Shown: in pieces, positions 1-13,354 of the stretch | Numbering within the stretch: position 1 is the first letter of the stretch | How the letters are laid out: each line of letters begins with the position of its first letter | Source: Proteromonas lacertae | Lineage: Eukaryota | Reading direction: 5' to 3' | DNA: 33,113 nucleotides | Assembly: GCA_002245135.1 (NCBI GenBank) | Contig: NGBS01000895.1 | Location: 62,001 to 95,113, forward strand | The notes under the pieces: generated by a model | Databases searched by the model: none | Seen by the model: only the letters and a program-made list of their open reading frames with translations | Told to the model about the DNA's origin: nothing | Program-made: the position numbers and the translations under genes

Positions 1-62
1 CTCATAATCAAATAAAGAGTTCCAATAATTATAGTCGTTTTACTGTAATTTTTTTGTTTTTA

Positions 63-1542
63 ATGAATATAGAATATAGAGTGCATAGAATTGAACCTTT
101 GAAAAACAAAAACATTAATGAGTACATAAAGAATGTTTATGGTGATTTATTAGAGGTATATATTTATTTGCTTATTATAGTCATATTTACCATTAAAAAC
201 TCAAAATGATATTGTTATGTATGAGATATATAAAAAAGATTTAAGCAGAAAAGAAATTTTGAAAGTAATTCCTACAAAGAATTATAATTCTTCGATTTTA
301 AGTGATTTTAAAAAGAAAATTGAGTTTATTAATTCAATATTTGGAGAGAATGATGGTTTATTAAAAAGCAGTATTGTAAAAGTAAATGAAGCTGATCCAT
401 ATTTGATTATTAGTCGTTATAAGAATAATAAAACTTTAGAAGATATGAATGATATAGAATTAATAAATATATTTAAAGAAATAGGAAGTTATCCATTGTT
501 AAAAACGTTATGTAGAGTATTGAGAGTGTTTCATGAAAATGGTTATTATCATGGTGGAATAAAATTGAGTAATATAATATTAATAAAACAAATAAAACAA
601 GAAAAATTTGAATTTTTAATTTGTGATTATTTTTATCTGCTATTGAATAAGAATAAATCAATAATTACTAAAGAAAATGTGAATTATGTAAGTCCAGAAG
701 AATTAACAAACATAGAATTAGATGTAAAGAAAGATATGTGGAATATTGGAATAATATTATACAAAATTTTAAGTGGTAAATTTCCATTTGATGGTAATTC
801 AATAGAAACAAAACAAAAGAAAATATTTAATGCGCAATTTGATGATTTAGATATAAAATTTAAAGATAAGATAAACCCATTAATTCATAAATTATTAAAA
901 AAAGAGAGTAAAAACAGATTATCAATCAAAGAATTTGAAAATGTAATTGATAAAATTAATTCTAACATTTATATTGGTGATTCAATTCATTTTGTTGAAA
1001 AAAGGAAAGAAGAAAAAGGAGTAGTATTTATTCCTGATTTTAATCACAACAATATTTCTATAAACGACAATGGAACAACAATTATAAACACTGTTGGTGG
1101 TGCTGAATCACATTGTTATTTAAATATGGAAATCAAAGATGAAGCAATACATCACTTTATATTCAAATTGAATCGTGGTAATAATGGAATATTCTTTGGT
1201 TGTTCTACAAATAGTGAATATGTAGGAGATGATTTATCAGACAATGAAACATCATGCAGTATTGGTTTTCATAATTATTATTGTTATTTATATGGATCAA
1301 ATGGAAATAAGATGATAGATGATGAGTTAGACAACATCGATATAAAGGAAGGAGAAGAATATGAAATAATATTTAACATGAAAGAAAACACAGTTTCTAT
1401 AAAACAAAGAAATTGTGATGAAATAATATTATTCACAGATATACAGAAAAAATTGTATATATTTGCTAGTATTTACAAAAAGAATGATTCAGTTAGTATT
1501 ATAAAATACTGGAAAATAGATTACAACAATATGAATGAATAA
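63..1542 (+). CDS. Pseudokinase + C-terminal B30.2/SPRY-like domain protein (2 exons: 63-155, 181-1542)
   Basis: ATG at 63; a 25-nt GT-AG intron (156-180) joins in frame to ORF 217..1542. Kinase C-lobe motifs are present (YVSPEE, DMWNIG, GKFPF, R of subdomain XI), but the catalytic loop is HGGIKLSN (no HRD Asp) and DFG is DYF. The C-terminal beta-rich domain (ISINDNGTTIIN...FFGCSTN...YEIIFNMKENTVSI...LYIFASI) is SPRY-like. Confidence 0.8.
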
Positions 1543-2076
1543 TGTCATTTCTCTTTTTAAAAATTAACATCTCATTGCATTAATTTGCATATTTTTTTTA
1601 TTTTGCTATCTTGTTTTCTGTATATGTTGAATGATATAGCTTTTTATAATTTGGGTTACAAAATTCCATTTAAGATAACCACTGAACAAAGAATGAAATT
1701 GAAAGGAATTAACATGAAAAAACTATGGAGACAAGCAAATTAGCTGATAAAAAAATTAGACAGTTTTACTGGTATTGAATAATAAAATCATAGCAAAAAT
1801 CTAAACAAATATACATCTTGATATTACTTCCATATAATAACTAGAATAGTATTAATGTGTAAGAATAAGTATTTAATTCATTTACTGTGACAATTATAAT
1901 AGGAGTTACTTATAGTTAAATTATTTTATGCTTTTTAGCTGTTATTCAAAATTACATTTTTTTGTTATTCAACCAGTTATGCTGATATATTAGTCATCTT
2001 CTTTATTTCTTTAATTAGATAATTATAATTATATCATGATGCTATAACTATTTTTTACTCTCTTATCATTTCTTAA

Positions 2077-3016
2077 ATGACGTTAAACAAAAAGTTCAAG
2101 AATATTCATGGATTAAAGAAAATGAAATCAAGCCAAAAGTTTGATCGAATTTAAAAAACGAAATTGTTGGTCTTATTCAAAAGATTAAGTGAATTTAATA
2201 CAACAGTTATCAGTAAATTTGTATGTTGGATTATACAACAGAAGATAATACTAATATTACATTTATTACACTTAAATGTCCAAAGAAGAAATTTATGTTC
2301 AGCTAATAATAGTCTTTTAAATCTTTCAGATTTTGAAGGTATTGATGATAATGGATTTAACAGAAGAGTAAAATTAAGAGAGATGATAAATGAAAAGATA
2401 GAGAAGATTGAATATTTCTCAATAGGTGTATATTTGCATATGAATTATGATATATATAGAAATTAATTAGTTTTATGAGAGATTTGATTGATTTTTTGAA
2501 GTGTATTCACAATATAGGAGATATTTATGTTGCTGAAAATGAAATTGATATGAAATGGATTGATAGTGTAGTTCGAGTAATTGAAAATGATATAAAACAT
2601 TTATCATTTCGAATTGAAGACACTTTTAATTCAAAGACATATTAATATTATACTATGAAGCTCCAAATGATGGAACTCGATTATTATCAGTGAATAAACA
2701 ACCAAAATGTATTTATTATACAGAAGGAGAAGTAAAAGGAGTGGATAGAGAATTTGCTGATAAATATAAAATTGGAAATTGGTGGATATTATCCACCTCA
2801 ATATGTGTTTATATTTATCTTCAATAGGAACACACATTCTAAAGATTTGATTGTAGTGTAGTGTATTATTGTCTATAAATATTCAACCAAAAATTGAATA
2901 TACTGAAGAAGAATATGATGAAATGAAGAATGGAGTTATAACTGATATTAAACTAGTCAAAGTTGAAGAAAGATCAACAATTGAAAAAGATTATTTGAAA
3001 ATAATATATAGATAAA
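2077..3016 (+). pseudogene. Decayed LRR-like gene remnant
   Basis: Protein-like fragments (LNLSDFEGIDDNGF; MRDLIDFLKCIHNIGDIYVAENEID) and intron-like GT..TAG segments near 2425-2458 and 2805-2827, interrupted by many in-frame stops (e.g. TAA 2152-2154). Boundaries are approximate. Confidence 0.4.
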
Positions 3017-3131
3017 TGATGTTATTATGTATAAAAATTATTGTTCCTGTTATATTCCAAATGATATTTTTGAATATTTATTTAAAAACAAGAGAATGAT
3101 AGATAAAGATTTTATAAAGAATATTTATTTA

Positions 3132-6100
3132 TTATTTAAAATTGAAGATATCTTTTGATAATTCTTTTTTTTCTTCTTTTGATATTCCATCTAATTCAAT
3201 TCTTCCGATTGTTGAAAATGTTTTTAAAAATGATTTCAATTCTGATTTATTGATATTTTCCTTTACTGTTATCGATAATTCTTCTAAACTTTCAAACACT
3301 TCTTTGTTTTCTTTCATAAATCTTAATTCTTCTTCATTTAATTCATTTCTTAATAGATTTATCTTTTTTAATGGTTGATAATTATATTTTACTCTTTCTA
3401 TTAACATTTTTAATCCTTGTATACTTAGTCCAATATCTATTCAAATAACAATATAATGATATGTCAACTAAATACTTGAGATATTTAATGATGAATCATC
3501 AACAAATTTATCCAAATATTTACATATTAATTCTAATCCTTCATCACCAATTGGATTATTATGAATTGAAATATACTCTGCATTTAGTAAAGAATCTGTT
3601 AATTCAGTCAATCCTTTAGAAGTAATTCCGTTATTGGATAAATCAAGAAATTTATAATCAATCTGTTTTATCAATGAAATATGAGAGTCAATAAGATTTA
3701 AACCTAATTCATTAGATAAATGAAGTGCATACATGCAAAGTTATAATTTTTATCATATCCATCTCTTTTCTTTTTAATACAATAATCTAAGTAATATTCC
3801 AATTCTTCATTTTTCCATGATTTGTTATTCATTTCTATAAATGGATATTCTTCTTTTGCTAATGATTTTTGGCATATTAATTTTAATCCTTTCATTCTGA
3901 TGTTATTTCCATTAAGATTAATTATTTTGCGATATCCAGTTGATTGAATTTTATCTGTTAACAATTTAATACTTTCATCATCTATTCCAATATTACTCAA
4001 ATTTATTATTCCATAATTTAACACATTGAAATTCTCTAATAATAATTTAAATCCATTATTACCAATTGGATTATCTATATAACAAAAAATAAGCAATTAT
4101 TAAATGTACTATGAACTAATATCTTTTCAATACTGTTATTTTCTTTCACATACTTCATCAAATATTCTATTCCATTTGAATCTATATTATTATACAAATT
4201 CTTTAAACCATCAAATAAATGTTTCAATCCAATTGAAGATAATCCCATATCTATTACATATTAAATAACTATAACTATACTTGAACAATTAATTTCATAA
4301 CTATTTAGTAAATGTAGATGCGGAGTAAATATTTTCATTCCTTCATCTCCTATTTCATTACCATATAATTCAAGATATTCAAGGTTAGCAAATGAAGATA
4401 AATTGTTGATTAATATTTTCACACTTTCATGTGTTAGTTTATTATCTACATAATAATAAAAAATACAAATTATACTATTCAAATATAAACTTTCAATATC
4501 TCTTAATTCATTTGATCTTACTGAAATGAAGAATTTGAAAAAATCATCATCGATTTCACAACCACTCAGATCTAACAAACCGCATATTTTGATATATTGT
4601 ATTAATTGTGGAATGTCTTTATCTATAAGTAATTCTTTACTTCTATTAAAATCAAATTCTATTTTCGAAATAGAAAATTTCGAGAATATTGCTTTTAATC
4701 CTTTGGAATGAATATTATTGTTATGTCTAATGTATATTTTCTTAAGATTTGGATATTTATATAACTCTGATGATAATAATATCATACATTCATCATTTAA
4801 AAACATTGATTCAAGATTCAATTCATTTATATTGCTGATCAACAAATCTAAATATGGAAGTAATAATCTAAAGCCTTTTTGACAAATAGGATTTGCTATT
4901 TCAAATAATAAATAAGCAGAATAACTAATACATGAAAGATTTATATGCTTCAATTTCATAAATGGAATGAATTTGATTAATGATTCAATAAAATGATAAT
5001 TAAGACGACATCCTGATAAATCTAATTCTTCAAGATTAGATAATCTAGAAAAGTGTGATCCAAAAGAAGATTGATGTTGAACTGGAATTTTCACTACTTC
5101 AATTTCATCTAAATAAATAAAAATGATTAGAAATTTACTAAAATCAAGTTTTGTTGGATTGATTAGTTTCAATATTTTGAAGAAATATTTTATCCCTTGC
5201 TCACATCCACAAATACAACTCTTTTTAATACTCATACCTCTTCTATAACCATCAGCATTAAATATCATCTCATCTAAATAACACTCTTTTTCTTTTTCTT
5301 TTTCTTTTTCTTTACATTGGTGAAGAACTTTAAATTTTAACTTATCTTTTATTGAATTATCTGTTTTGTAATGTTTCATCATTAATAGTATAGATAATAC
5401 TCTCTCATTTGCTTTATAATTATAAAATTGAATAAAAACATCTCGCATAGCTTTCCATTTAGTACTTTGGATGTAGTATTCTGATGGAAATATCATTGGA
5501 AACAAAACAATTGCATAATCACCATTAAATAAGATTTCTTTTCCTTCTTTTAAGCAAATCATCAAGTTATTATCTTTATTTCTCAATATTTCACTCATTT
5601 TCATCATCTCTTTTTTCAACTCTTTTAGACTCAATCTATCTTTGCTCTTCATGTTTAACATTCTATCTATCAATTCTTTCATTTTATTATCACATTTTAT
5701 ATCACTACATAATCTGCCTCTTATGATATTATTCAGTGTTTTATTCATATTATCATCTTCATTGAATGGTAATTTCTTACTAACCATTTCATATAATATA
5801 CAGCCAATTGACCATATCACACTTCTCTCATTACATCCCAAACCATTCAATTCTTCAGGGCTTTTGAAGCAGATATCATATATTCTCATTTCTTCTTCTC
5901 TTCTCAATGTGTTTAAGAATAAATCACATATCTTTATATCACCATTTTCTTCATATATGATGTTTGAACTCTTCAAATTGTTTATCACTAAATCATATTC
6001 ACTCAATATCATCAAAATATCACATAAACTACATACCACACAAAATACTTCACTTCTTGATATGGATTTATCACCAATCATCTCTTCTATATCTCTTACA

Positions 6101-6395
6101 TAATAATCTCTCTCCAATACCATATATTCGCTTCCATTATTCAACTGAATAGCTTTTGAAGGATTAATGAAGGATGAACAACATTCTGACAATAATGAGC
6201 TATTCTCATAGAATTTCAATATTCTCTTTTCTTTCAAATCATCCACATCTATGATTTTAACCATCTTAACAACATTCTCATATTCCATAACTAATACTAC
6301 TTCGCCGTTGCTCTTCTCTACTCTCTCATTTATCTATATATTGAAATTACATAAAATACTTCATATTTAAAGAATATTTCGTTGAGGAAATTCAT
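3132..6395 (-). CDS. Pseudokinase-LRR (ribonuclease-inhibitor-type) protein, multi-exon
   Basis: ATG at 6395 (MNFLNEIFFKYE|INERVEK...). Introns at 6334-6359, 5109-5138, 4896-4931, 4446-4475, 4251-4280, 4075-4109, 3704-3732 and 3437-3475 join ORFs 4261..6288, 3704..4096, 3468..3734 and 3132..3407 in frame. The kinase has NNLKSSNI / CDLF (no catalytic Asp) with FKSPEE and IWSIGC. Many LxxLxLxxNxIxxxG repeats follow. Confidence 0.85.
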
Positions 6396-6449
6396 TAGAG
6401 ACAATTTTTGAGTTTTATTTAATGAAAATTTTGGTTAAAATTATTTATA

Positions 6450-6756
6450 TCGTAAAATATTTTATATCTCTCTCCAAATACCATATATTCACTTCCATTA
6501 TTCATATGAAGCAATTTATAAGCGTTAATGAAGGTTTACAACAATATGACAATAATGAGTTATTCTTATATAATTTCAATATTCATTTTACTTTCAAATC
6601 ATCCACATATATGATTTTAACCATTTTAATATCCTTCTGATGTTCTACAACAAAATGTTCTTCATCATTACTTTTCTTTACTCTGCGATTTTTCTTACAA
6701 CATAAATAAAGAATAAATACTTTAGATCTTGATAATATTTCATTAATACAATCCAT
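6450..6756 (-). pseudogene. Truncated tandem duplicate of the 5' end of the adjacent pseudokinase-LRR gene
   Basis: 6460-6625 aligns by eye to 6100-6265 (e.g. ctttcaaatcatccacat..atgattttaaccat). It has the same first-intron position (6694-6720), an AGA>TGA nonsense change, indels, and then truncation. Confidence 0.85.
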
Positions 6757-6912
6757 ATATGAGAATTCTAAAAATTAAAATAATATATCCGTTTCATTTT
6801 TTGAAAAATAATTGTTATTAAACACTTAAGAATATTATATTATGTAAAAACGTTTATAGCTATACTCCACAACACACATCAATTATAACAATATAATAAA
6901 TATTTAGATTAA

Positions 6913-8624
6913 TTATTTCGATTTTAAACTCTTTCCTTTGAATTGGATTGTTTCACTACTCAACACATAACCACTTTTATCAGCTTCTATACTATGACCA
7001 GCTCGACCTAATTCCAAACATTTCTCTAATTCTTTTATCACATTATCTTTCGTCATTCCTAATCTCAAACCATAACGAGCATCTCCTTCTATCTCACCAA
7101 AACTACTTATTAAACTATTCCCCAAATCTTGTTTAAACCATCTTTCACTCAATACACTCAATGTATATCGATTTATAGGCTTCATTACACAAACATAAGC
7201 ATTTCCATCACATAATAACTCACCAGCTGCATTCTCTATCACATGACAACGACTACAAGCACTTGATCGAATATTATAATCACTTGCTCCTGTTGTTACA
7301 TCTTTCTTGTTTTTATTATTGAATTTATTATTTTCACAATATGCACATAACTTTTTACTATAACCAACTGTTCCTAATGGAACACTATTCACTATTAAGA
7401 TTTGAGGAGTTGTTTTATCTCGAACACGATTTCGATATTCATTTAATACATTTATAAATGGCTTCCAATCATTCTATTTTATTATATATAATAATAATAT
7501 ATTTATACATTATCAAATACACTACTGATTAACACTATTCCATATCCATGACCATTTGTTACACAATCCATTGAACTTATCGCTTTTTCTACTATTACTT
7601 CATGTAAGATTTTTGAAGCAATTTTCAAATCTAATGCTAAACTATATTGATATAAACAAGTTCGAAATAATAATTCACTTTTGATTTGAGTTGAAGCATC
7701 TGGTTCAACAAACAATACTCGAGGAGGAATATTACTTTTAGATAATCGACATACGCTTCCTCCCAAAGTTCCATAATATACGATATTGTTATTGTAATAC
7801 ATTATATATAATGGAATTCCACTTATATTAAATCTCTTTTTTAGAAAATCACTTTCACATAAATCATATTTAGCAAATCGATATGGACATCTATCTAAAT
7901 CATTATCATAGTCTTTCAATAAATCACCATATACCAAATCTATTAATTGTTCACTACTTCGACAGATTGATACATCACTTCGAATTATACTAACTAATAC
8001 TAATTGACTTTTACTATATTCATTTATATAATCATCATAACTATTTTGAGTTAATAAATAAGACTTTGTTGATGGTTTTACATGGTTTTTGATTGGTTTG
8101 TAGATATTATATCTTCCACTTGCTTGATTTAATACACATGGTCTATCTAATACTGGATTTTCTCTTTCCAATTCACATCGAACTTTGAATGAATTTAATT
8201 TGTTTCTTTTGGATATCTTTTCATGTAATAATTCAGCTTCTTTTAACATTTTCTCAATTTCTTCTTCATTCTTTCCTGTTTGTTGTAATGTTGATTCTAA
8301 TTGTTGTTTCTCTAAGGCTTTTCTGTCTTTTTCACTTAATTGTGTTGATTGTTGAGTTGAATCAAAGTTTTCTTCAGTTTTCATTGTTGCTGTTGAACCA
8401 TTTGGAGCTGAAGATGGTTTTATTGGTGGTAATGTAGTTACATTGAATCTTTGTTTACCATGTCGAATACCTATTGGATTATTACCTCTCTATTACATAT
8501 ATTATAAATATATATTATTTATACTTCTTCACCACATTCATAGATTGGAGGTATTTCTAATAATGTTTTAGTCATTGATTCTTCTACCCATTTTGGATCA
8601 CACGATGAACTTACTTTATCTATA

Positions 8625-8665
<41 letters not shown>

Positions 8666-9525
8666 CTTTTTTCTTTTATTTCTTTTTGAAGATTCTCTAA
8701 ACCTTCCATTATTTCTTTTATTGATTGATTTGATACATCTTTACTGTGTGGATTGTTTATCATTGCTTTACTTTTCATTGCTTGTTTATGAAGCTCATAT
8801 CGATCCATTAAACTGCTTTTACTCTTCATTGATTCTTCAAATGATATTGTATCTCTTTTAACTATATAACCACATTCTATTGTTATATTAATTCCATTAT
8901 TTGAGAATTTTATCTCTTGTTTTTTTCGATTTATAAATGTATAATCAAGATATTTGCATAGTTCTATATGTACTGCATCTTGTGGCGGTTTTCCTGCATT
9001 TTGTTTCTTTGAATCCCATCTCCAACTGTGAGTTATTCGACCTTTTTCATCTGTTATTACATTCTTATCTTTTGTCATTATTAGTTTCTCACCTTGCATA
9101 TGTTCAGGTTTAGAGTGTGGACAATTGGCACAATTACTTATTGTTCCTTTAGCTAATTTAAATTCTTCACAAGGCTATTTATATAGATTATAAAATATTA
9201 AATGATTAAATACTTTTCGTTTTTCACTAGGATCATCTCCCTCTTCTGCATATGTTTTACATCCTGGAACTAAGCAACCATGTCCTTTTCCATTACTTAA
9301 AGCATATCCACAACCAAATTCATCAATACTACATACCAGTGTATAATATGGATCATTATCATAACATAGAACTCTTTTCGCATACTCATTTCCTTTAGAT
9401 ACACATATTGCTACTTTACCGTTTTCATAATAAACAAAACCGGTTCCATCCTCTTTTAATTCAACTGCCTTCGTATCATCTGGGTATTTCATATGAATAC
9501 CCTTTGTTTCTGATATATTTGACAT
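6913..9525 (-). CDS. FAM194/ERICH6-like domain protein with thioredoxin-like and receiver-like C-terminal domains (5 exons)
   Basis: Introns 9175-9213, 8620-8666, 8490-8524 and 7474-7508 join four ORFs in frame. The N-terminus YPDDTKAVELKEDGTGFVYYENGKVAICVS...FDxxGxG-like...DEKGRITHSWRW matches the FAM194 pattern as recalled. RFAKYDLCES...RFNISGIPLYIMYYNN is thioredoxin-fold-like. RVLFVEPD...YGIVLIS...PQILIV...VMKP is receiver-like. Confidence 0.7.
8626..8660. repeat. (ATT)n microsatellite inside intron 8620-8666
   Basis: Run of tattattatt...; it explains the poly-N tail of ORF 8620..9099. Confidence 0.85.
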
Positions 9526-9629
9526 TTTTAAGAAAAAACGTCTAAAACTTGACGAACTATATTCGTTTTATGAAACGAATTTATTTTCAAATAAACAAAA
9601 ATAACAAAAAAAACAAAAACCTAGCTAAA

Positions 9630-10917
9630 TTACATATAAAATACACCATTATTATAAACATATACATCAATACTTTTGTTTGGATGACTATTTAACAAAT
9701 CATTTTTAAAAGCATCATAATTAGTTAAATCATTCTCATAAATGTACAATTTCTGTAAATTAGGACAAAATGAGAGAGAAGTAATTAAATTTTGAGTTAC
9801 AGAATCAGTAATACAGTTGTAAGTCAGATTTAAACCATACAATTGAGAAATATAATTGAGATTACTACACATATAATTCACTCCTTTATCTGTGATTCTA
9901 TTACAACCAATACCTAGATAAGCTAAATCCATAATATCTGAAAAATGACTACAAATATATTTCAAACCAAGATCACCAATTGAATTGTAAACAATATCAA
10001 ATACAGATAAATTGTACAAATATTTAAGATTTATTGAAAGATGTTTTATTCCATTTGAAGTGATGTTATTTGAATTGAGTAGAATCTGTTTTAAGGATGG
10101 TATATATTTGAATGAATATGATAAATATTCTAATCCTTTATCTGTAATATCATTGGCTATTATAATAATTAATTATATATATACAAACTAAACACAGTTT
10201 TGTTATTTCTTTCATTGATTCAAATTTCCATGATAAATATTCCATACTCATATCTCCAGAATGATCTATAAACACATAATAATAATTAACTAATATATAT
10301 ATATATATATATACACTGCCATAAATTGAAGCACTTTTCTATACAATTAACAGATTCTGTATCTATTTTATTTTCTATATATTATTATTATTATAAATAT
10401 ATATATACTTATTCTATCATTTAGTGGATGATAAACTGTAAAATAATAGTTATTATCTTTCAATAGTCTTAATAAATTCGAATGGTATTTCCAATTCTCT
10501 TTCAATTTTCCTTCTTCCATCATTTTTTCTTCCATTGTTATTATCATTTTATCTTTCTTTTTCTTTAAATTGTCTTTCTTTATTTTTTCTATTAAGTCAA
10601 GCTCTGTTATGTTTAATAATTGTTTTATAACTTCTGAATATTCTATTTTCTGTTTTATTTTACACTTTTTTCGTTTATAACCAATAATTAGAAATTTGTC
10701 AACAATATAAATGTTTTTGAATATTGATAAGTTTAACAGAGATAACATTGACTCAATTAACCAACATTCTGTAATATATTTCACTTCTTTATTTGGTATT
10801 TGAAGTGTATCAAATACGTCTACTTTCTCTTTTTTATTAGGCCTCAACTGGTCAACGTCGTAGATTTTATACTAAAATACAATATTTATAAGGTGATACA
10901 CTGTGACAATTACCCAT
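9630..10917 (-). CDS. RI-type LRR protein with predicted N-terminal acylation motif (MGNCHS)
   Basis: ATG at 10917; introns 10848-10872, 10375-10408, 10266-10314 (TA repeat) and 10157-10184 give a continuous frame into ORF 9630..10019. Repeats include NSIGDLGLKYI, NRITDKGVNYM and NCITDSVTQNL. Confidence 0.75.
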
Positions 10918-11049
10918 AAAAACACATTTTAAAAATCAAGGCTTGATAAGATTAAAAAAGCTTGATTATCATAATTGAAGATAAAAACAAAACAACTATC
11001 TAAAATATACTCAAAAAGATAATTAAAAAAGAAAATAGTTAGTAAATTA

Positions 11050-13286
11050 TTACTGGTTCTTCAATTTATCTTTCAACACAATCATCTGTATTAATTGAGC
11101 TTTATCAATATGCGATCTACCAAATTTCTGTTGAATATCAGATATAGACACTTTATCATTCCTACTAAAGTAGTCATACATACTTTGATATAATATTTCA
11201 CCTAATTCATCTTGTAATTCAACTCTTCTATCAACTTGTCTCACTTCTTCACTTGGTGGTGGTGGTCCATTATCTCTTCTATCTTGTGCATTATCTATTG
11301 TCGCTTTAACATCTTCAGGAGCATCAAAATCATCTTCAAAATCGGATGGAAAATCATCATCATCTTTTTTATCTTCCTCTATTTTCACTACTTTCTTTAC
11401 TGGTTGATTGAAAGCTTGTTTAACTGCTTGTGGTTGTGGTTTGATTGTAGGTTTTGGTGGTGAAACTAAAGTTGCATTGACAGGTAATTTAGCAGAGGAT
11501 GTTGCTAATTCAGCTTCATCATCTTCATCATCATATTCATCATCAGCATATCCACTGCTATTATACATCCCTTTCGGTGGGAAATAACTACCATGACCAG
11601 TTAATGGTCTTTCCTCAGGATGTAAACGATAATATTCTTCTTGACTATCTACTAGAGGTGATTTACTACTATTAGGAGCTGAACTACCGTTGTTTGTTGT
11701 ATTAATTGGCTTTATACAAGGTAATCGACTATTGGAACATTGTGAAGATGATCTTCGTTCAAATGGATATGCTCCTTTTGCTGTAATTGGCCTATTATCT
11801 GAATGTTTTGGTTGAATACCTCGTGGAGAAGCACCTAATGGTGATGGTCTAGTTGGAGGATAATCTTCAACTACTTCTTCTTCTTCTTCTAATATATATT
11901 TGCCTTTAGCTGTAATTGGTCGATCTTCATATGTGGGGATTTTACTTTCACTTAGAGAACTTGTATTTATATTATTTTGCATATTATGTAATATAACAGT
12001 TTGTTGTTGTTGTTGTTGTGGATATATAATTCTAGTTTGTTGTTGTTGTTGTGTCTTTTGAAATGTCGATGAATTATTAAAGTTTTGTGATGTATTCAAT
12101 GGTCTAATAGAATTCGCCTGACTTTGAGGTCTTCTCATTTGTTGTTGTGTTGTTGTTGATGATGTTGCAGGTGGTTTTCTAATTTGAGTAGTTTTCATTG
12201 ATAATGGATTATCACTTGAAGTTTCAAATATTCTACGAGTAGCTGTATTGTTGCTATTGTTATTATTACTGGTAGAATTAGGTGAAAACTGTTGAAGTGG
12301 TCGAAGTGGTGCTGGTACCATTGGTTGTGGATTATTATTATAAGAATTAACTTCCTCTTGTATTGCTTGTTGATTTTGTTGTTGATTTATTTGTCGATTT
12401 GCTCGTTTTCTCATATTATTCATATACTTCTCCACTATTGGAATTCTAAATATCTCTTCAGTTGTTGGCCTATTATCTGCTTCTTTATTTAATAAGTTCT
12501 TTACTAGACTTGCCATATCTGGGTGAAATTCTGAAGGTATTTTTGGTATATCATTTGCACAGATTTGAAACACTAAACACATTAAATTATTACCTTCAAA
12601 TGGATGGTTAAATGTGCATAATTCGTATAATATCACTCCTAATGCCCATATATCTGATTTCCAACTGTATCTTTGACCTTTACATACTTCTGGTGAGAGA
12701 TAATAGGGAGTACCAACTGCAGTGGAGGCTTTGTTGGTGGTATGTTCGAGAACTTTACTAATACCGAAATCACCTATTTTGGGAGTGTTGTCGTCACTTA
12801 CGAATATGTTGTTGGTTTTTAAATCTCGATGTAAGACATGATGGCAGTGTACTTCATGTAAACCCATGCAACTATTGACGAAATAATGTAGTACTTCCTA
12901 TTAAATTATAATCTTTAGCAAAAATACATTCTCTGTGAAGTAATTCTCTTCTTTCTTTCGGTTTTGAATTATACCTTCTAATTCACCTCTACCACAATTC
13001 TCCATAACAATGATGAATTTGTCTACAGTAAATCCACTTGCATAATAATGAACAACATTACGGTGATTAAATTGACTTAATATTGCAGCCTAATAATTAA
13101 ATATTTTTTATATACTTCGTTGGTAATATTAGCTTTATCTGAATCAGATAGATCCTCTAATTTGATTTCTTTTCGGCAATATAGAGCATTACTTTTGGGA
13201 TCTTGTACAAGAAAGGCTTGTCCAAAAGCTCCTTTACCTAGTTTTTTTACAACTATACACTCAGTAAGGTAGAAATCAAAATCCAT
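11050..13286 (-). CDS. NEK: NIMA-related Ser/Thr kinase (NEK family), 3 exons
   Basis: LGKGAFG, RKEI, HRDLKTNNIF, KIGDFGISKVL, VGTPYYLSPE, KSDIWALG. Introns 13090-13115 and 12898-12927 join the frames. A long Q/N/P-rich tail follows. Confidence 0.93.
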
Positions 13287-13354
13287 TAAAATAACTTAAC
13301 GAATTTTTGATAATCAAAGATAACTGAACATATCTTTTTCGTATCTATTTTTAT
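13287..13354. promoter_or_regulatory. Very short bidirectional promoter between NEK and TRAPPC8
   Basis: Only 68 bp between the divergent ATGs; contains AAATTCGTTA on the minus strand just upstream of the NEK ATG. Confidence 0.6.
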
